DNA from: Chrysomallon squamiferum
Lineage: Eukaryota; Animalia; Mollusca
Assembly (NCBI GenBank): GCA_012295275.1
Contig: CM022677.1
Location: 2,976,001 to 3,040,000, forward strand
Direction: 5' to 3'
DNA: 64,000 nucleotides
Shown: positions 42,451 through 57,194 of the stretch, piece after piece
How positions within the stretch are numbered: position 1 is the stretch's first letter
Layout of the letters: each line of letters opens with the position of its first letter
The notes under the pieces: model-generated
Told to the model about the DNA's origin: nothing
Seen by the model: the letters and a program-made list of their open reading frames with translations, nothing else
Database searches by the model: none
Position numbers and translations under genes: made by a program

Positions 42451-42592
42451 GTGAATTTGAGTTTGTTTTCTTATGTATTTCTCATTATTCTAAATTTAAA
42501 TTAATGTCGGAGGTTGGATTTTGTAACATGTATCAGTAAGTACACATGTACATACATTAGAATCTTGTATCATACACTGCATTTTAATTCAT

Positions 42593-42660
<68 letters not shown>

Positions 42661-43198
42661 GCACACACGCACACACACACACAACACTTCCTTTCATATT
42701 TACCTGATTATTATGTTGTAAATTTCTACGTTTTGAAACAAAAGAAGAAGCAGCAGCATATTTTACGAGTATTTAACATTTTTTAACTTTCCTGTTACCA
42801 GATGGAACTGTCAGCCTTCACACAGTGTCACATATGATATGTATGTAAGTATTTTGTTCTCTGTCTCTCACTCTCTCTACAGGAGTAATAATGAAGAGAG
42901 TAAAAAATATCATTTTTATTATTAATTGATAGTAATTTTAGTAATAGGAATATTATTTCAATAACAGTAATCCTAGTTGAATAAGAAATAATAGTAAATA
43001 GTAATTATAGTAATGATGGCTATACAAATAGTATAGTAGTTTTGCAGTAAATGTAGTAGTAGCAGTATTTTATATTTTTTACAGTGTTTTATTTATTTAT
43101 TTATTTACTCAGACTAGGCATCCCCATATGGGACTCTGACAACTCTTGTCCAATGTCAGCAATATACTAAACTGTGGATTTAAACTGTTTATTTTCAG

Positions 43199-43330
43199 AA
43201 GTTAAATCAGCTTGTTAAGGATAAAAATATTCAAGAAATTGTTTCAAAAATACAAACTCAGATTGACATTTTGGAACAAAGAGCAGCTCGAGTCTCCAGT
43301 AGAGTTGAAGTATTTGGTGCTGTCCAGCAG
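43199..43330 (+). pseudogene. IRAG/LRMP (MRVI1/JAW1)-like coiled-coil exon
   Basis: 132-nt open phase 0-0 exon KLNQLVKDKNIQEIVSKIQTQIDILEQRAARVSSRVEVFGAVQQ, resembling the recalled family motif AARxSSRAExxGAxxQE. Confidence 0.65.
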
Positions 43331-44262
43331 GTATTTAAATACATTATTCATTATAAACCTTCCCATTTTATTTCAGTTTTAAATAATTCTATGCAAAATA
43401 TTTTCTCTTACACTGAATTAAACCATGCATTTGAAAAGATAATACATTTGTATTTTTGTAAAATGATTAAAATTAATAGATAGAATCAGTGCAATAACTT
43501 GCAGGACAGCTTAATGGAGTAGTGAGCAGAACATTTGTATAAATTTGTAATTTGATGTTATTAATATCTCACTCTAATCTGAAATCCATACATGTAATAC
43601 TTTACGTGGGCTAAAGATATTTACATTATTTTGAAATTTATTAGACAGATGGAATTTTGGTGGATTTGAAAGGTTGTAATTTGAAAGATGCATAAATTGG
43701 CTTGAAAGATTTAGCTTCTTAATTTATTTTGTTAGTTTCTTTGTTTTAAATACATTTTAAAAATACCTAAATGATTCATTATTGAACTGATAGCTGATAA
43801 TTGTGGTTTATTTATAAGACAAAGTATATTTCATTAATGGCAAAATTTAAATTACATTAAAGTGGCAGGAAAGAATATTACAATTAAATGTTTTAATTAA
43901 TCAAATAATTTGTTATTTAGAATTGTTAAAGGTTACTTACCATCTAATACAATAGTTGTATAGGTTAAAAATGTTTACTTAATATTCCTGACAGTCTTCT
44001 TAAACTGGTCTAAAAGTCTAAAACACAGTGTAAATATCAAATTTTACCAAGTTACAGAAGTATTCAAATATATTAAAACATATTTTTCATAATCTCTTTT
44101 ATTGATGTATTTCTATTTTAATCTTTTTATATAAAAGTTAAAAGTATATGGAAAAAAAAAAAGTGGACTAAAACTCTTCTTGCTAAGACAGTGAAATGCA
44201 GTTAGAGATGAAAATATTTATTTTATGTTTAGTTAATTAATGAATATCATATTTTGTTGTAG

Positions 44263-44625
44263 GATCCTAGACAACAGATTCAAGCTGCCTTAGCCAGCAC
44301 TTCAGTTGAAAATGTTGTAAGACCCATTTTCAGAAAAGGTTCACTAGAGCACCAGAATGCTATTACATCACAGTCTTCCCTGTCCAGAGAAAGCTCAACA
44401 CTTTCAAGAGAAAATCTGTCTGAAATCTAATTTGAATTTCAAACACTCAGTGATCTCCAAGAGACTACATTGTCAATGTGATCAGAACACCCAGTGTACA
44501 CATTGTACTTCATAGCAGCTTGCACTGTTTTTATCATTGATGTGTGCATACTTATTCTAATTTTTCTCACTGAAAGAAGAATAGAGATTCATCACTGCTA
44601 TTGAATGCCATTTTTCAAAATAAGC
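44263..44625 (+). pseudogene. Terminal exon relic with C-terminal TM helix (IRAG/LRMP-like)
   Basis: TTTTGTTGTAG acceptor; reads DPRQQIQAALASTSVENVVRP...SEI*...SM*SEHPVYTLYFIAACTVFIIDVCILILIFLTERRIEIHHCY*. Truncated copies lie at ~17473-17535 (+) and ~60135-60198 (-). Confidence 0.55.
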
Positions 44626-44684
44626 TAAAATTAATGTGATCGTGCATAGAGGTGTTAAATTTTTAATATCTAATTTTTGTATTA

Positions 44685-45150
44685 TTTAAATCGGGGAAAA
44701 TTAACGGTTTGCTGGGATAATCAGTGTAAATATATTTAAAATTATGTAATTAGGGGTAATTAGAATTTTTTATAAAAAAACAACATAACTTTATTTTCTT
44801 ATTTAAATCGGGAAAATCAAGGGTTTGCTGGAGGTAATCAATGAAAATATAATTGAAGATTATGTAATTAGGGGTAATTAGAATTTTTTAATGAAAAACA
44901 ACAACAACATTATTATTTTTTATTTACTATTTAAATACGGGGAAAATCAAGGGTTTGCTAGTGGTAATGAATGTAAATATTATTGAAGATTATGTAATTA
45001 GGGATAATTAGAATTTTTTATAAAAAAATGAAAAATAACTTTTTGTTTTCCTTATCATATTTAAATCAGGTTAAATCAAGGGTTGCTGGGGGTAATCATT
45101 GTATAAATATATTTAAAATTATGTAATTAGGGATAATTAGAATTTGTTTA
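44685..45150. repeat. Degenerate ~120-bp tandem repeat, 4 copies; also at ~7860-8190, 17555-17900 and 59770-60125
   Basis: Recurring TTTAAATC.GG.AAA.TCAAGGGTTTGCTGG.GGTAATC...ATTATGTAATTAGGG.TAATTAGAATTTTTT. In every case it lies downstream of the terminal exon relic. Confidence 0.8.
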
Positions 45151-45448
45151 TAACAAAAAAAAAAAAAAAAAAAAAAAAAAACATTATTTTTTTGACATAA
45201 AGTCATTTGACAGACATTTGAAGATATACATGAAAATACAATGTCTGATTGTAAATACCTGTTTCTAATTTTATCATCCTTACTGTATGAAAAATTATTC
45301 TGTGTAATGTATTTATATTAATTTGTTTTTATTAGTTTACATATTAGAGAAGAACAAAATTCACATTATCTGAATTATTTGTTCATGTGCATTTGTACAT
45401 GTATTTATGTGAGACTGTTTGTAGCCTACCCATTATATGTGTGTAAAG

Positions 45449-45449
<1 letters not shown>

Positions 45450-45501
<52 letters not shown>

Positions 45502-45639
45502 TATATATATGTATATGTATCTGTGTGTTGTTTCTGTATGTGTATGTATGTCTGTGTTTATATGTATGTATGTATGTGTGTATGTGTGTGTGTGTGTGTG
45601 TGTGTGTTGTGTATGTTTGTATAGGTGTGTGTATGTATA

Positions 45640-45678
<39 letters not shown>

Positions 45679-45699
45679 GTGTGTGTGTGTGTGTGTGTA

Positions 45700-45732
<33 letters not shown>

Positions 45733-45808
45733 ATGTATGTTTGTATGTGTTGTGTGTGTTTGTATGTGTGTGTGTATGTATGTATGTATGTATGTATGTG
45801 TGTGTATG
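45450..45808. repeat. (TA)n/(TG)n/(TATG)n compound microsatellite
   Basis: Direct reading; explains the cluster of low-complexity ORFs here. Confidence 0.95.
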
Positions 45809-47014
45809 AAACACTGGGTGGAGTTGTTGATTATCAACCTGCTAAACACTTGTTTATTAAACTCTTTGTGTTCAGCTCAAATATCCTCTTTCCATGCTAA
45901 ATGAACCAACTCCTGGCCTGTCACTATCATTTTATTTATTTATTTATTTTTTTTTATTTATTCATTTGTTTTTATTTATTTATTTATGCATTTATTCATT
46001 TTTATTTATTTATTTATTTATTTATGCATTTATTGATAAAAATAATCAGACAGGATTACAGGATGATATATTGATATATAAAATATTTTATTCTAATTGT
46101 GTGACAGCATAGTGTGTGTGTGTGTACTTTATAAGATGTCTGTGAAGACAAATCAGTATTTCACATAATCACTCTCTCTATTTGTACATTTAACAACCTC
46201 TAAATATCTTTTTACTCTTTAAAATAAAATGACAAATATTTACATTTTACAAAGTGTAAACCGTTAATAGAAAAAGATTAAAAAATACACATTTATTTTG
46301 ACAAATAAATATTCTAAGTTTCAATAAGATGTACAGTGAGTTACTGATCTTTATTAAATGCTTCATGTAAATTTTCACTGAGTTCTGTGAAATCTATGAG
46401 AACTACTTAGATGCAGTTCATTATATACATAAAATAAAGTGATAAAAGAATCAAGATAAGACCATATTTAGAAAAAGCAGATGTTTAAATGATTGTAAAT
46501 GAGAACAATCCATCAAAATGTGACTGTTTCAATACACACTGACAGTGTTCACACCAAGTGAATGAAGTTCTTCAAAAATAAAAGTATTGTCAAAGTAAAT
46601 TCACCAATACTGGGAGGACAAAGACAATTTCATCCTTCTGTATTTGCCTGTCTCCCTCCATTCATCTAGCTAAGTGTTAGATATGGTATGTATGTGTGTA
46701 TGCAATAGTAAATTGTGAATATGAATTTTTTATTATTGAGAGAAAATGGGTATATATGCATAATGCATGTGCAAGAGTGTGCATGTATTTTTTAGAGAGA
46801 GATAGATGAAAAGATCGACTGGAAGTTTGATAGACTGACAAACAGAGAGATATGTATAATGAGAGGGATATACAATTAGTGAGAGAGATTGACAGAGAGG
46901 AAGATATCTAGATGACAGACATACAGATACATACGGATATATGTAGAGATCTATGCTGATATGTGTATAAGGAAGAAAGTGTTAGTATGTTAATGTGTTA
47001 GTGAGATAGGATGG

Positions 47015-47713
47015 GAGTATGTTAATTAGAGTGAGTTATGTTTGTGTATGTGTTTATAGATTGATAAAGAGATGGTAATGAGTATGTGAATTAGAGTTAA
47101 TTATGTTTGTGTATGTGTTTTATAGATAGATAAAGAGATTGTAATGAGTATGTTAATTAGAGATAATTATGTTTGTGTATGTGTTTTATAAAGACATTGT
47201 AATGAGTATGTTAATTAGAGATAATTATGTTTGTGTATGTTTTATAAAGATATTGTAATGAGTATGTTAATTAGAGATAATTATGTTTGTGTATGTGTTT
47301 TATAGATAAATAAAGAGATTGTAATGAGTATGTTAATTAGAGAGAATTATGTTTGTGTATGTGTTTTATAGGTAGATAAAGAAATTGTAATGAGTGTGTT
47401 AATTAGAGAGAATTATGTTTGTGTATGTGTTTTATAGATAGATAAAGAGATTGTAATGAGTATGTGAATTAGAGAGAATTATGTTTGTGTATGTGTTTTA
47501 TAGATAGATAAAGAGATTGTAATGAGTATGTTAATTAGAGAGAATTATGTTTGTGTATGTGTTTTATAGATAGATAAAGAGATTGTAATGAGTATGTGAA
47601 TTAGAGAGAATTATGTTTGTGTATGTGTTTTATAGATAGATAAAGAGATTGTAATGAGTATGTTAATTAGAGAGAATTATGTTTGTGTATGGTTTTTATA
47701 GATAGATAAAGAG
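47015..47713. repeat. 66-bp satellite array, right-arm version (about 10-11 copies)
   Basis: Reverse complement of the 28021-30075 unit. Confidence 0.93.
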
Positions 47714-48663
47714 ACAACAGTAAATTGATTTGTAGATTGAAACCTACAAAGACAGATTTAGAACATTAGAGATAGACTGATAGAGAAATAGATGAATAAA
47801 AACTGTTGTGTGCAAATTAATATAAGTGAAAATCTTGAATTCTCCCCAAACATTTCAACTATAGTTTTGGATAAATTATGAGTGATATGTAATTTGACAG
47901 ATAGAGTGATAGGTAGATAGAATGACAGACAGACAGTCAGTCTGATATTGCTTGTCTGACTGATTGAGAGATGGAGAGGTAAAGAAACAGAGATAACATT
48001 TATTCAACCATACTTAGGTAGATAGATGTGTGTGTCTGTCTGTGTATCTGTCTATTGAAAGACAGACAGCAGACACACACACACAGAGGAAGATATACAA
48101 ACAGGGACATTTTAGAGAAAGCATTATGGTGGATGGACATAGGGGATAGACCAGTGGACAGAAAGCTCTTTGGATTATCAATTACATATTAATAGTAAAA
48201 TAATTCCTAAAAGCTAAGAATACACAAGACATTTCAATATACTCAGTCTTTTAAGGTATTTTCTTTTGACAATTTTGTATATCAAATATTAAAAATATTT
48301 CATCATTTATTCAAAAATTTACTGTCATTTTTAAATACATTTTTAAATGTGACCAACTTGAACTGGTTTCAAAAGTCCAGTTCTGTTGTAAAAATCTCTT
48401 TCTATAAATCTCTCTGTCTGCACGAGAATCTGTCTAGTTATACATTTGTCCTCCTGACATCAATAAAACAAAACATACCAACCTCCACCATCTCACTGTC
48501 ACTGTGTTCATCTCTGTCTTCACGTATTTGTTGCTGTCAGTCTGTGTGTGTGTGTGTGTGTGTGTGTTTGTGTGTCTGTCTGTCTGTCTGTGTATCAATG
48601 TATCAATCTATCTGGCTGTCTTTCTGACTTTCTATCTATTAAATGCTTCTGTATATGTACCTG

Positions 48664-48732
<69 letters not shown>

Positions 48733-49077
48733 CACAATACATACACACACACTCATACACACTGTGAATGTATATAAATATATACATCAAGGACATTAAT
48801 GGAAGTCTCTCTATCTTTTCAACATATACTGAGTCTATAAAGGTAAATATCCATTGCTGCATTTATAACAATGAATAATAATAATTGTATAGCAATATCT
48901 CCTTATTCTTGCCCTTTCTCACATTTTCCTGTAATAAACCAGTTACAATTAATACAGTATTAAATATTTTTTAATATTTTAGACTTCTCATAATAAAATC
49001 AAAGATATAACTATTACCTATAATTAATTATAAAATTTTATGTAGAATAGAGAAATAATAGACATTGCTTCCTATTG

Positions 49078-51804
49078 TGTAAAGGTCAGATTATGTAATG
49101 TGTTAAAGTAATTAGTGGGGAGTAAGTGCTAGCAAGCTAGATTAAGATGTCTCTGCCTCCTATTGGGAACTTTCATGTGACATGACCGTATGTGGCAATT
49201 TCTGCCTCGAATTTTTCGGGGGACGTTCTCAGAGCAAAAGTTTGCACGTTGGCCTTGGACATTGCAGGACTTAAACTATTGCTAGTGAAGGTGGCAACAC
49301 CAGTATGTGTGTGTTTTGTATTCTTTTTTTTTTCTTTCTTTTTTGTATTGGTTTGGTGTTTTTAGTTTGGAACTGTAGAATATTTTATGATTTGTTTTTA
49401 ATGAACCTGGTCAGTTTGTCCTCCTTGGAGACGACATTGTTGCTATGTTGTAAATGTTAACATTGCTATATCACGAATTACCTAGTATTAAAGCCCTTTA
49501 ATTGGAAACCCCATCTTGTTTGTTTACTCCTTAGACAGTTAGCTAAGAGAACCGCGTGCTTCCACCCTCCGTTACATTTGGTGTCACAAGTGGGACTATA
49601 AGGCAGTTAGGATTAAACTGATACTTAGAAATAGGTGAAAGTCAACCAATACTCTCACCTGACCAGGCCTACAGAAGATTTGATGTTGATGATTATGCGA
49701 GACTACATGTTTGATGACACAAGATTCCTATTTGAAGAGAGATACCTGATGTACATTCCAAACTGATCCAAGAATATATACCGGTTTTTTTTCACATGAA
49801 GACTCAATAAAAATAGTAATAATAACATGTTTATTAGGATGTCAGTATTAACGTTAATATTACGTTTAGTGGATGTTATAACTATTGGTACAAATTTCTT
49901 CAGGTCTACCTGTAGTTTGGATTGCGTAGCATATTCCATTGACTAATAGTTCATGAGTTAATAAGTTTTCTCAAGAGCACTTAGCCAGGACCTGCCAGGT
50001 TGGAAACAAATAATCACGATGATATTTCCTGTCCTGCAGATATTTTTCATGTTCTTCGGAGACACAGCAAAAACCTTTGCGGCTCTTCAGTTGAAAACAG
50101 GGGAGAGTGAATCTCTGCATGAATTGCTAAAACTGTGTCAGCAGCTGGAACATGATGAATGTTATCACGGTCAGCGAGATCAAAATCTGACACATTTTTG
50201 TCCAAGGTGTCAGAGATCCCCATTTGATTCGGGAAGTCAACCGAAAAATGCTGGCTAATCCTGCAGAATCCTGTTTTCAAGCTCAGAGACTGGGTTATTC
50301 ATAAACGTGGTCCTCTTTTGACTTCAGAGATATCTGTTCATGAATCCAGTTCAGCCAGTATTCTGTTATTACTTCAATGGACATGTTGGAGGGGCATATG
50401 AGAAGCTGTCCTGCATTTGCTGACACTTTTTGTCATTCAGTAACAAGAACTCCAGTTAGTGTTTCTGACTCCCAACCATTTTCAAACTAATCAAAGGCAT
50501 TCCTCTCCAAACTATGATTCAGATTTCACTAATAGCCAGGGAAGAAGTGGTGCCTGCTTCAAATGTGGTCGTATGGGCCATCTTCAAAGAGACTGTCCCA
50601 GGCAACGTGATGGCAATGGTCACAGCATTTAAACGATTAGAGCCTGCTGTGAAATCTGACAACTGACTTGGTCCTTCAGAAAGCTATCTGCAGATGTCCG
50701 CAGCCTAATATTAAAATGTTTAATTTAAATGTAAGATGTCGCTTAGATACCGGTGCTGAAGTTTCTACCATTACCGAAACATTTTGCAACAATCATTTTA
50801 AAGACAAAGTTAGAGAAATGTTTGATTTATCTTCTTTTGTTAATGTTTCGGCAGCAAGTGGTCACAGCATTTCATTTAAAGGCTACATTGAAATTGATCT
50901 GCATATTTTAGGTACAACAGTTTTTTTTTTTTTTTTTTTTTTTTGGTAAAAACGATTTACAAGATTCTCCCAATAATCTGAGGAAACACTGTTTACCTGG
51001 AGTAATAGGCGGTTAAGAAAAAAGTGATGAAGGTTTTGGCTCTGTACTGTCAGAAGATTTCAGCATCTGGAAAGTCTAATACTGGTAGCTCTGAGAATAT
51101 ACTTGGGTACGTCCGGGCTGCTGGTAAGAAACCTGTACGAATCCCAGCTGGATCTGGGCAGATTGTTCCCTGGAGGCATTCATAGAACTGTTGTTTAGAT
51201 GGTCTTTCAGAGGCAGATGGCAATTTGCCAAATTATGTTATTGTGAGCACAAAGTTGGTTATAGTGGCAAATGGATTGACGCCTGTTGACATCACGAATT
51301 TCAGTCAGAAGGACGTTTATTTACAGCCACGCACCAGAGTTGAGCACTGACACAATATTCAACATCTGCACGTGAGCCATTCAGTGTAGAACTGCAGAGC
51401 TGTGATTCTATTGTTGGAAAGGTTTCTAGCGATGATTTCATTTTTGACCAGCTGGATATTGAGGATAACTTAACCTGTACAGAGGATGATGTTTTAGTAA
51501 AGGTGGTCATGATATGGGATACTGTAGCATCATTAAATATAAAATTACACCCTCAGATGAAAGGGGCCAAGTATTTTTCTTCCATCGATCTAGCACATGA
51601 ATTTCTTCAGTGTGCCATGGAAGAGGAAGACATTTCCAAGACTGTATTTCGACTGGTTCATCGGGTCTTTTTGAATACACCACGATGTCCATGGGTTTGT
51701 GTAATGCTACTTTTTCAAGGCTAATTCAGGCTTGTCTGGGAAAAGAAAATCTTCAGTCCCTTTGGAAGTCAACAAAGCTAGGAATAACCCCGTTAAAAAA
51801 GTAA
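49078..51804 (+). mobile_element. Decayed Gypsy/Ty3 LTR retrotransposon (right-arm copy)
   Basis: LTR 49078-49576 (TGTAA...TTACA); PBS 49579-49595; zinc knuckle CFKCGRMGHLQRDCP (~50555-50600); protease LDTGAEVSTI; RT segments AKYFSSIDLAHEFLQCAMEEEDISKTVF and GLFEYTTMSMGLCNA. Confidence 0.9.
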
Positions 51805-53459
51805 TAATACATTTTAGTATAGGATTTGAACACTAAAGAGATATGAATAATAGTTTTTAAAAAAACAAAAGAATAATGATAAATACACCTAGAACATTAG
51901 GTACAACCACTTTACGACGAAACGATGGCAACATTAATAAAGATAATAATAATATATTTTGATGTAGGAAGCGCCCGCTCACAAAGTTTGAGGAATAGCC
52001 TTTATAAGATAAAACTGAGATTAGTAAAATTTTAAATATTTTTGTTAGTAGCACGTCTGCTTACTTTATAACCTTCTCACAAAATGTTCTGCCCATAGGA
52101 CTACGTGTGTTTGTTTATAGGTGATAATTATGCGTAACAAAACCAGCAAACTGTAAAGAAGTCGGAGGAGGGGGTATTATTTTTCTTTAAAATTTGAGAA
52201 ATAAATTAATGTGCTTTTTTTACGTGTTCATTATATATATATATATCGATTATGTCCTTTTTTAAATTAATAACATTGCATTTTATTTTTATTTTTTTAA
52301 ACAAACAAAAAAACCCTCATACATATAAATTTATATTCAGTGAAAAGAATGGTGCGATTTACATGTGAAATTTTACTACAGTTGATATGGGTAACTGTAA
52401 GTGATAACAACGATGATATTTACTCATACAGAAAACCCGAGTATTGAGAAATACAGAGTCTACACCAGAATCTTGCTACATCGCAGTTCTAAAATGTGCT
52501 CCAGTTTTGTTTATTATCTTATAAGTAGATTTATGTCAGCATGGTCCAGTATGCTTCGGTAGTTATAAAGATTTGTTCGGTATCATTCGTCATTTTCCAG
52601 CTGTCAACGCAGTCGCATATAAAATTATTATTATGATACAGCTGAATGACAAAATTAGTATATTTTTATATTGTCTTCGCCTCAGAAAATGTTTATAAAG
52701 GGTTGTCATTTATTTATTTATTTATTGAAAATATTACCTATTTTGCTTGACACCTATCCTTCTATCTATCTTTCTGTCTATCTATTGAACCTACTGGCCT
52801 GCCTATCTGTTTAGCTATCTATATAATCTCTCTGTCTATCCTCCATATATATTTCTCTATCCATCTACATTATATTCCATCAATAACCATCCATGAATCA
52901 CCTATTCATCTTCCTGACTATCTCCCTAAATAATTATAACTACTTTCTATATCTATCTTTCTGTGATACTGTCCATTTACAATTCCCATATTTAGCCATC
53001 CTTATCACTGGCACACACTCACAAACGCACGCACACACACACAGACATTCATTTTCTTATGCATATATATGTGGTATCACCTATACATACATCTCCATAT
53101 GTATGTCTATCTACACATTTTCTCAGTTTATCAATATAATCAATCTAACTAACAGTTATATAATCTGTCTAATTTTCTTTTATCTTGTCCATCCATTGAA
53201 ATCAATAACCATCAATAACATACATCAGTCATTTAAACATCTTGTCTACATCTCCTATGTATCCACCTACAGATCTCCCTATTTTTCTGAATGTTTGCAC
53301 ACATAACTCAGTACATTCACTCTTCAAAAAAGCAAATTTTCCTTCCCATACACATGTATATACTATTCCCTGCTCCAACTTATGCATACCTACACCTGTA
53401 TATACATTCAGTCTTCCACATTACCATCCATACTTGCCTATCTGTCTCTCTGCTACATA

Positions 53460-53860
53460 ACTATCTACATCTATCTACTATCAACCTACTGAACTACTGA
53501 CCTACCTACCTATCTGTCCCTCTGTGTGTCTGCTATCTATTAGTTAACTATCTACATACATCTGCATATCAACCTATTGAACTACTGACCTACCTACCTG
53601 TCTGTCCCTCTGTGTGTCTGCTATCTATTAGTTAACTATCTACATACATCTACATATCAACCTATTGAACTACTAACCTACCCACCTGTCTGTCCCTCTG
53701 TGTGTCTGCTGTCTGTTAGTTAACTATCTACATACATCTACATATCAACCTATTGAACTACTAACCTACCCACCTGTCTGTCCCTCTGTGTGTCTGCTGT
53801 CTGTTAGTTAACTATCTACATATATCTGCATATCACCCTACTGAACTACTGACCTACATA
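53460..53860. repeat. 88-bp minisatellite, about 4.5 copies, right arm only
   Basis: Unit CTACTGACCTACCTACCTATCTGTCCCTCTGTGTGTCTGCTATCTATTAGTTAACTATCTACATACATCTGCATATCAACCTATTGAA. The left arm has about one unit at ~22480-22560. Confidence 0.9.
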
Positions 53861-54368
53861 CCTATTTGTTTATCTATCCACATTACAACAGATCAATAAC
53901 CATCCATCAATCATATATCTAATTCCCTGTCAAACTACCTACATACATAACTATGCCTGCATTACAACCTGTATGATTTAAGTATACATCTGTCTGTCTA
54001 AACTCTCAGCCTGGCACACAAACACAAGACAGAAAGAAGAAAACACAGAATAGATAAATCGACATTGTCATGTTCACCTGTCTACCTAAATTCATCTTCA
54101 TCTATCAATTCATTTAACTTCTACTGGTCTGTCTATTAGTCTATCAATATCTCCCTCTTTCTTTCTCTATAACATGCGATCAGTTTCCTTTTTCCACGTA
54201 AATACCACCTGTAATGTATTGAAAATGAAAATAAATATTAAAATAAAAATATAATGGTTTCAAGTATTGTTTTACAAGTACGTACTCAGCACTGTCAGCT
54301 GTGGAGTTTTAGCAGAGTGTTCACATTATGTGCCTAATGAGAATATTCATCCACCAGCGTCAGTGAAA

Positions 54369-54415
<47 letters not shown>

Positions 54416-57139
54416 TTTATTTCTGGCTGGAGACATCGAAATAATATCTGGAAAACAAAAATCTAGTACGAAATAGGTACGAGATAGTATGACGTCAAAG
54501 TCCCAAGAAAATAATTATTAAATTAAAAATTGGTTTCGACCTTTGCAGCAATTACTGCTCAATAATAGGCATATACGTATAAACGGCATTAGTTATATTA
54601 ATTATTTTCTCAAATTACTTTTAATAATCCATATAGACTTGACTGGATGTTTAAAAGTTTATAAACACTGATCGGCGTTCGACGCTGCCATTTTGGATTT
54701 CGATCGGAAGTTTCCGTGATCGCTCGGAAACCGTCTGCTCGGGTTTTTGAACTTCCAATTTCAACTATTTTACGTCTATTTTCTTAACTTTTTATGATTT
54801 GTAAATTAGATGAAGTATTATTAAATAGCTTTCAAATATTGTCCTAAATATGGTGTATTGTATATGCGTAAAGATACAACAAATTTCATATAAAAATAAT
54901 TTGTAAATAAATTCATTGTTTTTAAAGAGACAAATCGAAAAGAAATAAATTAACTTGAATAAAAGCATTAAATAAAATAAGAATTTTACAATAATTCAAT
55001 AAATGATAATAACACATTAAATAAAATAAGAATTTTACAATAATTCAATAAATGATAATAATACATTAAATAAACCAAAACTAAAGGAAACTGGTTATTT
55101 AGAAGACAAAGAAAACGCAAGGAATGTTATTAAGCTGGTGCTGTCTGTTACAAAGCATTATACACAATTAGTTCTTTTCATCTAAAAGCAGCAAATCTAA
55201 TTTACCGTCGCATCGCATATGCGGAGTAATCTATTTCAGAAGTTTGTGGTCTACGGGAAATAACTCTATTTAACACGTTGGAAAATATACAATAAAGACT
55301 GAGTGTCAAGTAAAATATTTAAAAAGAACAAAATAACAAAAAGAAATCACATAGAAATATATTTTTTTTTCAATGAATGAAGCGACGAATGATTATTAAT
55401 GACATCATAAGTCTGCTGAATACAGATCATTCACTCAGTTTACTGAATTCACTAAAATGATTTTATTTAAACCTATATATTATTTTTTATTTCTATTTAA
55501 TATAATTGTTTCTTTATGATAAATATATGCCTGAGATCATTTTATTTCCTTTCTTACTCTTTTCTTTTTCCCTTGTTTCAGTATTCTTTCTTAATTGTAA
55601 TTTTATTTATTATTTTAAATAGTATCATTGTAGTTACGTTGTTATTTTTATTGTTAATCTCGTTATTTCAGATATTATTTCTGAAAAAAAGAAATAATTA
55701 TCAATAGATATACAGACACACACACACAGAGAAAAAAAAGCATCTGGTTATACCTATTTGCCTTAGATGATGGATATATACACAAGTTGATATGTATGTA
55801 ATTAAATAATAGATAGATACAATGAAGATAGCTAGGGATGGATATAGATATAGATAGACATTTGACATTTCATAGGCAAATGAACTTGTAAGAAAATGTT
55901 TGTATATGTGTTATAATATAATCATATTAACCTCGCTTTTAACATCTTTTCTTTTATAGGTCATTTTAATCTCTCTGTCTGTCTATCCATCTATCTATCT
56001 ATATGTCTGTCTGTCGGTCTGTCTGTCCATCTATCTATCTATATGTCTGTATTGTGTTAATCAGTTCAGTTCAGTCTGATATTTTAAAAGCTTCTGGTGA
56101 GATTGTATTGATAACTGGAGAAGAAACATTAATATTTACTTGATAATAAAGAAATTATTGTTATGTTGTAATAGGATGAAACAAATGATATAATTCTTCT
56201 AGCTAACTAAAAATATCCTCATATCTCATAAAACACTAGTTCAGGAGGACAGGCATGTTTCTACAATATTTATGTTGTCAACAGTTTTCACAGGTAATTT
56301 GAAACTGAACAGCAACATTTGCTGTTATTAACTCTAATAAGATTATTCTTGAAAAACCAATAATATTCCTTTAGCTGTATTCAAGATTATACTGTGAATT
56401 TTATATATATTATCAACATTTGTTGTGATGCAAAACAGAGGTAAACTTAATAAAATATCAATGTAAACAGCGGTTCTTTTACTAAGGTGGAACGTAATTT
56501 CCGCCTCAGTCTCAATTTAATCGTATAAGCTGCAAAGCTGGTAGTAAATATAAACATAAATCCCATCCAGTAGTCTCAAATTACCTTGAGAAATCCACCC
56601 TCACGCAAATTAAATATGATATAAATACATTGTCAACACATCACTGATTAAAATTGCATAACGCCGTACAAATAAAGAAAATAACACGTTAGTTCTTAAT
56701 CATATCTCATTTTTATTCAAATAAACTTTGCCAGGTATTAAAACACACACATATATATACATATATATATAATAAACAATTTAAAAAAGAAGCCATTAAG
56801 CTTATCCAGCAGCACAGTTTATAAATCAGAATGTAGAATCAGGAAAAATAATATGATATAAAATGTTCACCTTTTCCTCTGTTTTTTATTTAACAGTATC
56901 AGGAACTTGTTTTCTAGGTAGTCTGTAAAACTGATGTCGTAATCGAGACCTCACGTGTCACTTTGCATCAGCTGCAAATAATATCGAATGATAATTTTAA
57001 ATAAGAAATATTTACTTGTTGACAGTACTATACAAAACCAAAGCAGATATCATACGATGAAACTTACAGAGCCTTGAGTGGTAGATCTAGGGTCCTGAAA
57101 ATGTACATTAGTTTTTATTTTCATAAATAATAGAAAATA

Positions 57140-57194
<55 letters not shown>

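Noticed and set aside
44685-45150. TTAGGG-containing repeats as telomeric sequence
   Set aside because: There is only a single TTAGGG per ~120-bp unit and no tandem telomere array.
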